DNA of 24,000 nt from Chloroflexota bacterium (GTDB lineage: Bacteria; Chloroflexota; Dehalococcoidia; Lucifugimonadales; Australimonadaceae), in assembly GCA_038109085.1 (NCBI GenBank), contig JAYNIL010000005.1, positions 11,869 to 35,868 on the forward strand, given 5' to 3'. Shown here piece by piece: positions 15,099-22,562 of this stretch (the stretch's first letter is position 1; each line of letters begins with the position of its first letter). Below the pieces are notes generated by a model. That model was not told where the DNA came from. It was given only the letters and a program-made list of their open reading frames with translations, and searched no databases. The position numbers and the translations under genes are program-made.

Positions 15099-15976
15099 AT
15101 GCCAATTTCCTCCCACCGCCAACTCCCTTGCCTCACCAACCCGCTCGTCGTCGCCGACGCTACGAACGTGACAGGGGTGATGAAACGGGCCGTCGATTCC
15201 AACCCGCGCATGGAGGCTACATACGTGGATCTCCTGTGTCCGGCGATATAGGTGGTGGGTGAGCGTTGGGCGCCAGGGGCGCCATCACTCCGGAGCACCT
15301 CTCTACGGACCCAGCCCGGCGTCGAATGGAGTCGCTGCGTGAGCGCGTCCCCACTGCCGCGAGCATCGGTCGCTCTGTGCTGGTGGGGGTGGTGCAGCCG
15401 GAGCAGCAGGAGATGGGCGCGCGTATGGTTGCGGAACTGCTGGTCCTAGACGGCTGGTCAGTACATGTTTCGGCCAACCTGCTTGCGCAGGAGTTTGCCA
15501 CCCACGCCCAGTCCCTTTCTCCCGATCTAGTGGTCCTGTCCGTGTTGCTGGAGGGCTCCGCCCCCCAGGCCCGGCGCACAGTGGGTTTACTGCGTGAGAG
15601 GACGCCGGGCACCCCGGTGTTGGTGGCGGGGTTATCCGGACAAGAAATCAGCGCTGATGCCCACGCAGGTGACGAACGTGAGGTGCGTTGGCTCGCCCGC
15701 GACCTGGCGGGCACCTCAGCAAATGAGTACAACCTTGAGGCATTGCTGACTTGCGTAGGAAACGTAGAGCTCGATGCGCGCTGCGCGCGCGGCTGGGAAC
15801 GACAACAGCTGGCCCAGGCGGTGGGCATAGACCGGGCGTATTTGTCGGGATTGGAGAACGGGCGGAAGAATCCCACCCTGGGTATCCTTCTCCGGGTGGC
15901 TGCGGCGCTCAAGGTGCCGGTGGCACGGCTGATGGAGGAGAGGATACCAGTGGGCGGTACACTTTCCCGAAACTGA
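15099..15976 (+). pseudogene. CarH/LitR-like B12-binding module (helical bundle + Rossmann B12 domain) fused to a C-terminal XRE-type HTH; reading frame interrupted
   Basis: ATG 15099 with a near-ideal SD opens a 50-codon frame: MPISSHRQLPCLTNPLVVADATNVTGVMKRAVDSNPRMEATYVDLLCPAI. That frame hits TAG at 15249-15251 and continues as VVGERW. The rest (track ORF 15266..15976, TTG start) is in another frame: ...GAITPEHLSTDPARRRMESLRERV...SVLVGVVQPEQQEMGARMVAELLVLDGWSVHV...PDLVVLSVLL...VLVAGLSG, then the HTH GWERQQLAQAVGIDRAYLSGLENGRKNPTLGILLRVAAALKVPVARL. Joined, the two pieces reconstitute a B12-binding_2-like bundle (PAl..vGerW....EH). Confidence 0.55.
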
Positions 15977-16180
15977 TTGACGGGTTTCCCATCGCGGATG
16001 TGAGCCTCATGAGAGCAGCGGAACAAACACAGATGGCCCGGCTGGCGGCCAGGTTCTAAGGCAAACACCCCCTGTTGTAAGTGCCCGCCGGAGAGGGCGT
16101 CACGCAGGTGCGGATCGAGTTAGAGCGAGCTCGGTCGTAGGGATCTCACCGGCTCAGGGGGATCAGAGTGAGGAGTTCGA

Positions 16181-17494
16181 ATGAGCACGTGCCGAGAGCG
16201 TGAACTGGAGAGGCGGGCGACGGGGAGGCGAATCGCCGTGGTGGGTGGCGGTATCAGCGGCATTGCTGCGGCGCTGCGCGCCCGGGATAGTGGGCACGCG
16301 GTGACGCTCTTCGAGGCGGAGCCAATCTTGGGTGGTCACGCGCGCACGCTCTCCGTGGAGAGCGCGGATGGCCCGAGCAGCCTGGACACCGGCTTCCTCG
16401 TTTATAACGAGGCGACCTACCCCGGCTTCACCGGATTCCTCCAGCGGCTGGGGGTGCAGACACAGCGTTCGGACATGTCCTTTGGCGCCAGTTGCCCACA
16501 GCATGGGTTCGAATACGGGAGCCGTGGGCTGCGCAGCATGCTTGCCCAGCCGTCCAACCTGCTGCGCCCCGGCAGGGTGCGCATGTTGGCGGACTTCCTG
16601 CGTTTCTACCATGCGAGTGGGGCGGCGCTCCGTGAGCCCGCAGCAGCACCCGCCACCTTGGGTGGGCTGCTGGCCGATGGGTACGGCAACGAGTTCCGGG
16701 ACCACTTCTTAGTGCCGCTGATCTCCGCGGTTTGGTCTATGCCCGCAGGGCGTGTTGGGGACTTCCCTCTGGCGTTCCTGCTCCGCTTCCTGGCCAACCA
16801 CGGGCTGCTCTCAGTGGGCGGACGGTTGCCCTGGCGCACTGTGACCGGGGGCTCAAGGTCCTACGTCGATCGCGCTGCTGTGCTGCTGGGTGACGGGGTT
16901 CGCCTGGGGACCCCGGTGCGTACAGTGCGCCGTGACAGGTTAGGGGTCAGCGTGGTGAGCGGTTCGGGAACGGAGCGATTTGACGCGATCGTGCTCGCCA
17001 CCCACGCCGACGTTTCGCTTCGCCTGCTGGAGCGTCCGTCGTCGGTGGAGCGACGCGCACTAAAGGCGCTGGCGTACTCGCCCTCCCGGGTGGTCACCCA
17101 CACCGACGCGGGGCTGATGCCCCGCCGGCGCGCGGCGTGGTGTTCGTGGAACTACCGTTCAACATCCTGTGGCGATGGCGATTCTGGCGTGTCGGTGACC
17201 TACCATCTGAACCGGCTCCAAGGATTGAAGGTTCGGCAGAACTACTTCGTTTCGGTGAACCCCAGCAGTGAGCCTGCGCCGGGGACGGTGCTGGACGAGA
17301 CAGTGATGTCCCACCCGCTTTACACAGAGGCCTCGGTGGGTGCGCAGGCTGCGTTGCGGTCGGTGGGTGGCGCGTTGCGGACCGCCTACGCAGGGGCCTA
17401 CCTGGGCCACGGCTTCCACGAGGACGGCTACCGCTCCGGCGTCGAGGCGGTCGACGCATTGGCCGGCTTGACCGCGTTGGTGGGGGCGGCCTGA
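16181..17494 (+). CDS. FAD/NAD-binding amine-oxidase / phytoene-desaturase-like oxidoreductase (COG2907 type)
   Basis: 437-aa ORF with GAGGAG SD. Dinucleotide motif is RIAVVGGGISGIAAALRA...VTLFEAEPILGGHA. It is the usual partner of DUF1365. Its stop overlaps the next start (TGATG at 17492-17496). Confidence 0.85.
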   Translation: MSTCRERELERRATGRRIAVVGGGISGIAAALRARDSGHAVTLFEAEPILGGHARTLSVESADGPSSLDTGFLVYNEATYPGFTGFLQRLGVQTQRSDMSFGASCPQHGFEYGSRGLRSMLAQPSNLLRPGRVRMLADFLRFYHASGAALREPAAAPATLGGLLADGYGNEFRDHFLVPLISAVWSMPAGRVGDFPLAFLLRFLANHGLLSVGGRLPWRTVTGGSRSYVDRAAVLLGDGVRLGTPVRTVRRDRLGVSVVSGSGTERFDAIVLATHADVSLRLLERPSSVERRALKALAYSPSRVVTHTDAGLMPRRRAAWCSWNYRSTSCGDGDSGVSVTYHLNRLQGLKVRQNYFVSVNPSSEPAPGTVLDETVMSHPLYTEASVGAQAALRSVGGALRTAYAGAYLGHGFHEDGYRSGVEAVDALAGLTALVGAA

Positions 17495-18240
17495 TGGACG
17501 CACCGCTGCTGCTCACCGGCACGCTGACCCACCAGCGCTCTGGCCCTGCCGCCGGTGGGTTCTCCCACGCAACGCGCTACCTGCTCACAGACCTGGCCTC
17601 ACCCCCCTCCCGCCGATGGGGCCCACTATGGGGTGGGGAGGGTCTGGGGCTCTACGGCCTGCGCTCGCAGCATCTGTGGGACGGGGCCACTGGGTTCGCG
17701 GCCATCCGTAAGGGTCTCATCGGGTCTGGTGAGCGGGTGCTGCTGCTCACTCAGCCTCACCTGCTGGGCTATGTATTCAACCCCCTCTCGCTCTACTTGG
17801 TGGTGGAGGACGGGCCCCCGGTGGAGCGCGCCCGCGTGCGCCGAGTGGTGGCCGAGGTGAGCAACCGCCACGGCGGCCGCCACCGCTATGACCTCACCGC
17901 AAAAGCCCCGCTGCCGGGCCGGTTCGAGGCGTCCTTCTCCAAGGAGTTCTACGTCTCGCCGTTCCAACCGATGGAGGGTGAGTACCGTCTAGAGCTGACC
18001 TTCGGGGGGGAAGAGCTGAGAGTGCAAGTCAGCTTCCAGGGATTGGGAGGGGAGGGGCTGGATGCCCGGCTGAGCCTGCATGCGGAGCCCTTCACCGGCA
18101 ACGCGCTGGCCCGCACAGCGCTGCGTCAGCCTCTCACCCCCTGGGCCACCACCGCTAACATCTACGGGCACGCGGTAAGGCTGGCCCTGCGGGGCGCACG
18201 CTACCGGCGGCCATCCGAACGGGAGCAGCACGGTGGCTAG
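17494..18240 (+). CDS. DUF1365 family protein
   Basis: 248-aa ORF with GTLTHQRSGP..GFSHATRYLLTDL, LLTQPHLLGYVFNPLSLYLV, AEVSNRHGGRHRYDL and KEFYVSPFQPMEGEYRLEL, matching the DUF1365 pattern. Confidence 0.8.
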   Translation: MDAPLLLTGTLTHQRSGPAAGGFSHATRYLLTDLASPPSRRWGPLWGGEGLGLYGLRSQHLWDGATGFAAIRKGLIGSGERVLLLTQPHLLGYVFNPLSLYLVVEDGPPVERARVRRVVAEVSNRHGGRHRYDLTAKAPLPGRFEASFSKEFYVSPFQPMEGEYRLELTFGGEELRVQVSFQGLGGEGLDARLSLHAEPFTGNALARTALRQPLTPWATTANIYGHAVRLALRGARYRRPSEREQHGG

Positions 18241-19006
18241 GCGCAGGGTTTGGCGGGGCCAGCACGTGTGGGTCGTGGGCGGCGGCAGTGGCATTGGGCG
18301 CGGGGTCGCCGCGGCTCTCGCTGGTCGAGGGGCAGCGGTGACTGTGAGTGCACGGTCGGCGGACGCGCTCCGCCACCTTGCCGCGGAGGTAGCGGACGAC
18401 GGCGGGGCGGTTTTCCCGCTCCCTCTTGACGTAGGGGACGTCCTCGCCCTGCACGCCGGATGGGAGCGACTTTGCGCCGATCGCGGCGTGCCGGATGCGG
18501 TGATCTACTGCGCCGGTGCCTGGGAACCCGCCTCCGTGGTCAAGCTCGACTACGCTCTGGACACGCAGGTGTCGGCCAACTTCACTGGACTCGTGCGTGT
18601 GGCGGCGTTGGTTGTCCCAGCGATGCGCGAGCGTGGCGAGGGACTGTTGGTGGGGTTCTCCTCCGCCAGCGCTCTGCTGGCCTTGCCCCGTGCCGAGATA
18701 TACGGAGCGACCAAGGCCGCGGCCACTTACTTCCTGCGCTCCCTACGTTTGGACCTGCGCCGTTCGGGGGTGCGGGTGGTGACGGTGCACCCGGGGTTCG
18801 TACGCACCCCACTGACGGAGCACAACGATTTTGCAATGCCCGCGCTTCTGGAGCCGGAGCAGGCGGTGGCGGCCGTGCTCAGGGGCATCGAGCGAGGGCG
18901 TACCCAAGTGGACTTCCCTGGCAGGCTTCTCTGGCCCATCAAGCTCGCCGGTGCGCTCCCCCGTCCTGTGGGTGAGTGGCTCATCGCGCGTCTATTCAGG
19001 AGGTAG
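18233..19006 (+). CDS. Short-chain dehydrogenase/reductase
   Basis: 257-aa ORF. GTG 18233 overlaps the DUF1365 stop by 8 nt. Contains VVGGGSGIGRGVA and the catalytic YGATKAA. Confidence 0.8.
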   Translation: MARRRVWRGQHVWVVGGGSGIGRGVAAALAGRGAAVTVSARSADALRHLAAEVADDGGAVFPLPLDVGDVLALHAGWERLCADRGVPDAVIYCAGAWEPASVVKLDYALDTQVSANFTGLVRVAALVVPAMRERGEGLLVGFSSASALLALPRAEIYGATKAAATYFLRSLRLDLRRSGVRVVTVHPGFVRTPLTEHNDFAMPALLEPEQAVAAVLRGIERGRTQVDFPGRLLWPIKLAGALPRPVGEWLIARLFRR

Positions 19007-19008
19007 AC

Positions 19009-19440
19009 ATGGCCCGCTACACAGCCGTTATCCGGTCGGCGCGCAGCGCCTTCGACACCTTTGCCTATATGGCGGACTTTACCAACGCGGCCGCATGGGA
19101 CCCCGGCGTACTCGCCGCGCGGCGTCTAGACGAGGGCCCGGCGGCGATCGGGTCCCGGTTCGCCCTCGATTTCCGATTTGGAGGCTCAACCGTTCCACTC
19201 GAGTACAAGATCCTGGCGCTGGAGCCTGGACGTGCGGTCACCCTTCGCGCAGAGCGCCCCGCGTTCATCGTGGAGGACGTGATCACCGTCGAGCCCGACA
19301 GTTCCGGAGCGCTGGTGCGCTATCAGGCCACCATGAGCCTGCGCGGGCCGATGCGGCTGCTGTCCCCGGTGCTGGGATTGGTGTTCCGGCGCGGGGCCGC
19401 CCAGGCGGGTCGCTCGCTGGCTCGGCAGTTGGGAGGGTGA
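19009..19440 (+). CDS. SRPBCC (START/Bet v1/polyketide-cyclase-like) small protein
   Basis: ORF 18976..19440. The preferred start is ATG 19009, 6 nt after AGGAGG, giving 143 aa beginning MARYTAVIRSARSAFDTFAYMADFTNAAAWDPGV, typical of SRPBCC ligand-binding proteins. Confidence 0.7.
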   Translation: MARYTAVIRSARSAFDTFAYMADFTNAAAWDPGVLAARRLDEGPAAIGSRFALDFRFGGSTVPLEYKILALEPGRAVTLRAERPAFIVEDVITVEPDSSGALVRYQATMSLRGPMRLLSPVLGLVFRRGAAQAGRSLARQLGG

Positions 19441-19442
19441 GG

Positions 19443-20792
19443 GTGCCCTCCGCTGCGATCTGGTGGGCCCGAACGGACCTACGCTTGGAGGACAACCCGG
19501 CGTTGGCAGCCGCACTCGCCACCGGGTTGCCGGTCCAGGCAGTTTTCGTCTTAGAACCGGAGTTGTGGGCCCCGGAGCGCACAGGCCCTCACCGGTCGTC
19601 GTTCCTTGCCGATGCCCTCCGGGACTTGCATGCCGCGATTTGCGGTCTGGGCGGTGGGTTAGAGGTCATCCAGGGACCGCCTGCGCGAGCGATCGGGGGA
19701 CTCGCAGTGGCGATGGGGGGCGCTCCGGTCTTCACTCAGGCGGGGCATTCGCCCTATGCACGCCGTCAGGAGGCCGCCGTCGAACGGGCCGCCGGGTTGG
19801 TGCGAGTCCCGCCTGCAGCCGTCGCTGCGCCGGGGGTCATCACCCGGGATGATGGCACCCCGTTCACCTTGTTCGCAGCGTTCCATCGGCGCTGGAACGT
19901 CCGCCTGGGCACACTGCCCGAGCCCGCGCCATCCCCCTTGCCCGGACAGCTGTTGGCCGGTGATGCGGCGGGACTCGCCTCACTCCCCCGCCAGGAGCAG
20001 GGCGCGCGGTGCCCCGCCTCCCGCGTGGAGGCGGGGCACCGCCTCCACCGATTCTCAAGCGGCCCCACGCCCCCTGCACACCGCTACCTCAGAGACCGGG
20101 AGCGATTGGACGGGGCCGGAGGCTCCGCGCTCTCACCCTACCTGCGGTTCGGGCTACTGTCCGGCCTCGAGGTGCTGCGCGCCGGGGTGGCAGCACTCGC
20201 GTCCGCGCCGGCTCGATCCGCTGCCACCAGCGCGGAGGCCTGGTTGCGCGAGAACGCGTGGCGAGAGCACCTCGCGGCGCAACTCGCAGCGTGGCCCCAT
20301 CTCACCCGCGCCAATCACGACGCACGGATGGACCGGATCGCCTGGCGCGATGACCCTGATGGTCTTCGCGCCTGGCAGGACGGACGCACCGGCTACCCAC
20401 CCGTCGATGCGGCGATGCGCGAGCTGTCCGCGAGCGGGTGGATCAGCAACCGTGCCCGGATGCTTGCTGCCTCGTTCCTCGTCAAGCACCTGCTCATCGA
20501 TTGGAGGAAGGGTGAGCGCCACTTCAGGCGCCTGCTAGTTGACGCAGAGCCTGCCGCCAATGCCCTTGGCTGGCAGCAGGTAGCCGGATCAGGGCCCGGT
20601 GCGCAACCATGGTTCCGGGTGCTGAACCCGCTGGCGCAGGCCGAGCGCTTCGATCCGGACAACCGTTGGGTGCGGCGTTGGGTACAGGAAGCAGGTTCCG
20701 CTGAGTCAATCGCCCCACTGGTGGAGCATAGCTCAGCCAGGGAACGCGCGATCAGTGTGTACCGTATGGCCATGCGTGGGGAGAGGAAATGA
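19443..20792 (+). CDS. phr: Deoxyribodipyrimidine photolyase (class I CPD photolyase / cryptochrome family)
   Basis: Only the C-terminal 449 codons of track ORF 18831..20792 are real. GTG 19443 sits 5 nt after GGGAGGG and gives VPSAAIWWARTDLRLEDNPAL. Also present are SPYLRFG, TGYPPVDAAMRELSASGWISNRARMLAASFLVKHLLIDWRKGERHF and DAEPAANALGWQQVAGSG...PWFRVLNP. Confidence 0.9.
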   Translation: MPSAAIWWARTDLRLEDNPALAAALATGLPVQAVFVLEPELWAPERTGPHRSSFLADALRDLHAAICGLGGGLEVIQGPPARAIGGLAVAMGGAPVFTQAGHSPYARRQEAAVERAAGLVRVPPAAVAAPGVITRDDGTPFTLFAAFHRRWNVRLGTLPEPAPSPLPGQLLAGDAAGLASLPRQEQGARCPASRVEAGHRLHRFSSGPTPPAHRYLRDRERLDGAGGSALSPYLRFGLLSGLEVLRAGVAALASAPARSAATSAEAWLRENAWREHLAAQLAAWPHLTRANHDARMDRIAWRDDPDGLRAWQDGRTGYPPVDAAMRELSASGWISNRARMLAASFLVKHLLIDWRKGERHFRRLLVDAEPAANALGWQQVAGSGPGAQPWFRVLNPLAQAERFDPDNRWVRRWVQEAGSAESIAPLVEHSSARERAISVYRMAMRGERK

Positions 20793-21008
20793 ATGGATGA
20801 ATGGTAGTGACATCGGGACGCGGATGGAGAGCGAGCGCCCCCGCATGGGCGTGAGCGCATGCCTGCTGACCCAGCAAGCACCCGCTACAAAGGCGGTCAT
20901 ATGGCCTATGGCTTCCTGCTGAGCACTCTCGCGCCCTAGGACGAGTGGGTGCCGGAAGCCCTCTGTGGTAGCCTCCCGCTGTCACCCCCCCCCGCTGGAG
21001 GTTCGCGC

Positions 21009-21770
21009 ATGCCCCGCTCAGGCCGCCTCTCCGGTCGGGTTGCCCTGGTCACCGGCTCCTCACGCAACTTGGGCCGCGCGGTGGCCCTGGCCCTGGCCGC
21101 CGATGGAGCTGACGTCGCAGCCCACGGCTACACGGACCGGGCGGGTGCCGAGGCGACAGCTGAAGCATCTTTGGCGCTCGGAGTACGCGCGAGTGCGGTT
21201 AGCGCGGACATCGGCGACCCAGCCCAGGTGCACGCCATGGTGGCGCAGGTGGAGCGGGAGCTGGGCCCCGTGGACATCCTGGTCTCTTGCCCCGGCTACC
21301 GGCCAAAAAACAACCCTCTCGCCATAAGCCCGGAGGAGTGGCGCCGGGTGCTGGCCACCAACTTGGACGGTCCATGGTTCTGCGCACAGGCGGTTCTGGG
21401 GGGCATGGCAGAGCGTGGATGGGGACGCGTCATCAACGTGGCGGGTACCGGCGCATGGCTGGGTGAGGAGCGCGCGCCCCACGTGGCGGCGTCCAAGTCG
21501 GGCCTGGTGGGCCTCACCCGCGCGCTCGCTCGCGACTATGCCCACGCCGGGGTTCTGGTGAACCTGGTTTCCCCCGGTTTGCTTCATACCGAGGAGTCGC
21601 CCTACCGCATTCCGGGGCGGGACTACAAGGCCTTCGCCGCCAAGATGCCCACCGGGCGCGTCACCACACCGGAGGATGTGGCCGGGGCCATCGTGTATCT
21701 TTGCCTGCCCGAGCAGCGCGCCATCACCGGCCAGACCCTGCACGTGAACTCCGGGACGTACTTCGGCTAG
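21009..21770 (+). CDS. SDR family oxidoreductase (FabG-like)
   Basis: ORF 20949..21770. The preferred start is ATG 21009 after GGAGG. Contains VALVTGSSRNLGRAVALALA, NVAGTGAW and the catalytic-region HVAASKSG. Confidence 0.85.
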   Translation: MPRSGRLSGRVALVTGSSRNLGRAVALALAADGADVAAHGYTDRAGAEATAEASLALGVRASAVSADIGDPAQVHAMVAQVERELGPVDILVSCPGYRPKNNPLAISPEEWRRVLATNLDGPWFCAQAVLGGMAERGWGRVINVAGTGAWLGEERAPHVAASKSGLVGLTRALARDYAHAGVLVNLVSPGLLHTEESPYRIPGRDYKAFAAKMPTGRVTTPEDVAGAIVYLCLPEQRAITGQTLHVNSGTYFG

Positions 21771-22327
21771 ATCCGGTCTAATGGCTTGTGGGGCATGGGT
21801 GGCAGCTCGGCGCGCACGGCATCGCCGGTACGGATAACGCCGCCGGAGAGCACCACACCCATGATGCCGGCCTTGCGGATGAGACTCCCTTCCGCGTCGC
21901 GGTCCAGCGTCGCGGCCATGAGCCCGCCCTGCACTCCGTTCAGTTGAACGCATGGGTTGCGCAGCCCTGTCACGCCTACCACCGCTTCGCGCCCGATGTG
22001 CAGGCGCGTACCCTGCGGGAGGGAAAGCAGGTCGATTCCTCGGGTGGAGATGTTCTCCCCCATGCTCCCCGCCTCCACCCCGAAGCCGTTCGCTTGGAGT
22101 TCGTCCAGCAGCTCAGCGTGGATCAGGTGCACCTGCCGGTAGTTGGGACGTTCCGGGTCACGGGCCACATGGCTGCGGTGCTGCACCTTCGCCCCTGCGT
22201 GGATGTCGCCCTCTACGCCTAACCCCTCTAGCAGGCGTATCTCGGTCTGCTGGGGCTTGGACATCGTGTGCGCCCCGGAGCGGCACACCGCCACCACGGT
22301 GCCTCTGGCCGATAACTGCTCGCCCAT
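21767..22327 (-). CDS. MOSC domain-containing protein
   Basis: 186-aa ORF with a GGGAGG SD 5 nt upstream. Contains GLGVEGDIHAG, GSMGENISTRGIDL and VTGLRNPCVQL (conserved Cys). Confidence 0.85.
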   Translation of the reverse strand: MGEQLSARGTVVAVCRSGAHTMSKPQQTEIRLLEGLGVEGDIHAGAKVQHRSHVARDPERPNYRQVHLIHAELLDELQANGFGVEAGSMGENISTRGIDLLSLPQGTRLHIGREAVVGVTGLRNPCVQLNGVQGGLMAATLDRDAEGSLIRKAGIMGVVLSGGVIRTGDAVRAELPPMPHKPLDRI

Positions 22328-22562
22328 GCTCGCCTCCCGGCGCGGTGTGCGCTGGGCGCATCATACCCCCGCGTAAAATTGTTGTACGGATCAGCTCACG
22401 GTCAATGCGCGCCAGGTGTTGGGGCTGGGGGCAGGGCAGGACCCGGCGCGGTACGAATACGCCGATAGGTGCGCGCCGGAGAATAGCCGTGTCTAGGCAC
22501 CAATCCGCTCACCCCCCCGGCGCGTATGCGCTATGTGAGGGGCTTTCGCCCGGAGGCGTCCA

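Noticed and set aside
15217-16068. 283-aa minus-strand ORF; also small ORFs 14815..15033(+), 14838..15029(+), 14993..15298(-) and 15026..15262(+) in the AT-rich region
   Set aside because: The first is antisense to the B12/XRE gene. The small ones have no SD and no recognisable motifs, and they span what is better explained as a promoter/operator region.
16505-16515. GGGTTCGAATA (T-arm-like) and GAGTTCGAATG at 16172-16182 as possible tRNA fragments
   Set aside because: The first lies inside the flavoprotein coding frame (HGFEYGS) and the second spans its SD/start. No acceptor, anticodon or D-arm complementarity surrounds either.
18831-19442. N-terminal 204 codons of the 653-aa 'photolyase' ORF
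   Set aside because: This part overlaps the SDR and SRPBCC genes in another frame and has junk-like Arg/Pro/Ser-rich composition. Photolyase homology starts at GTG 19443, which has its own SD.
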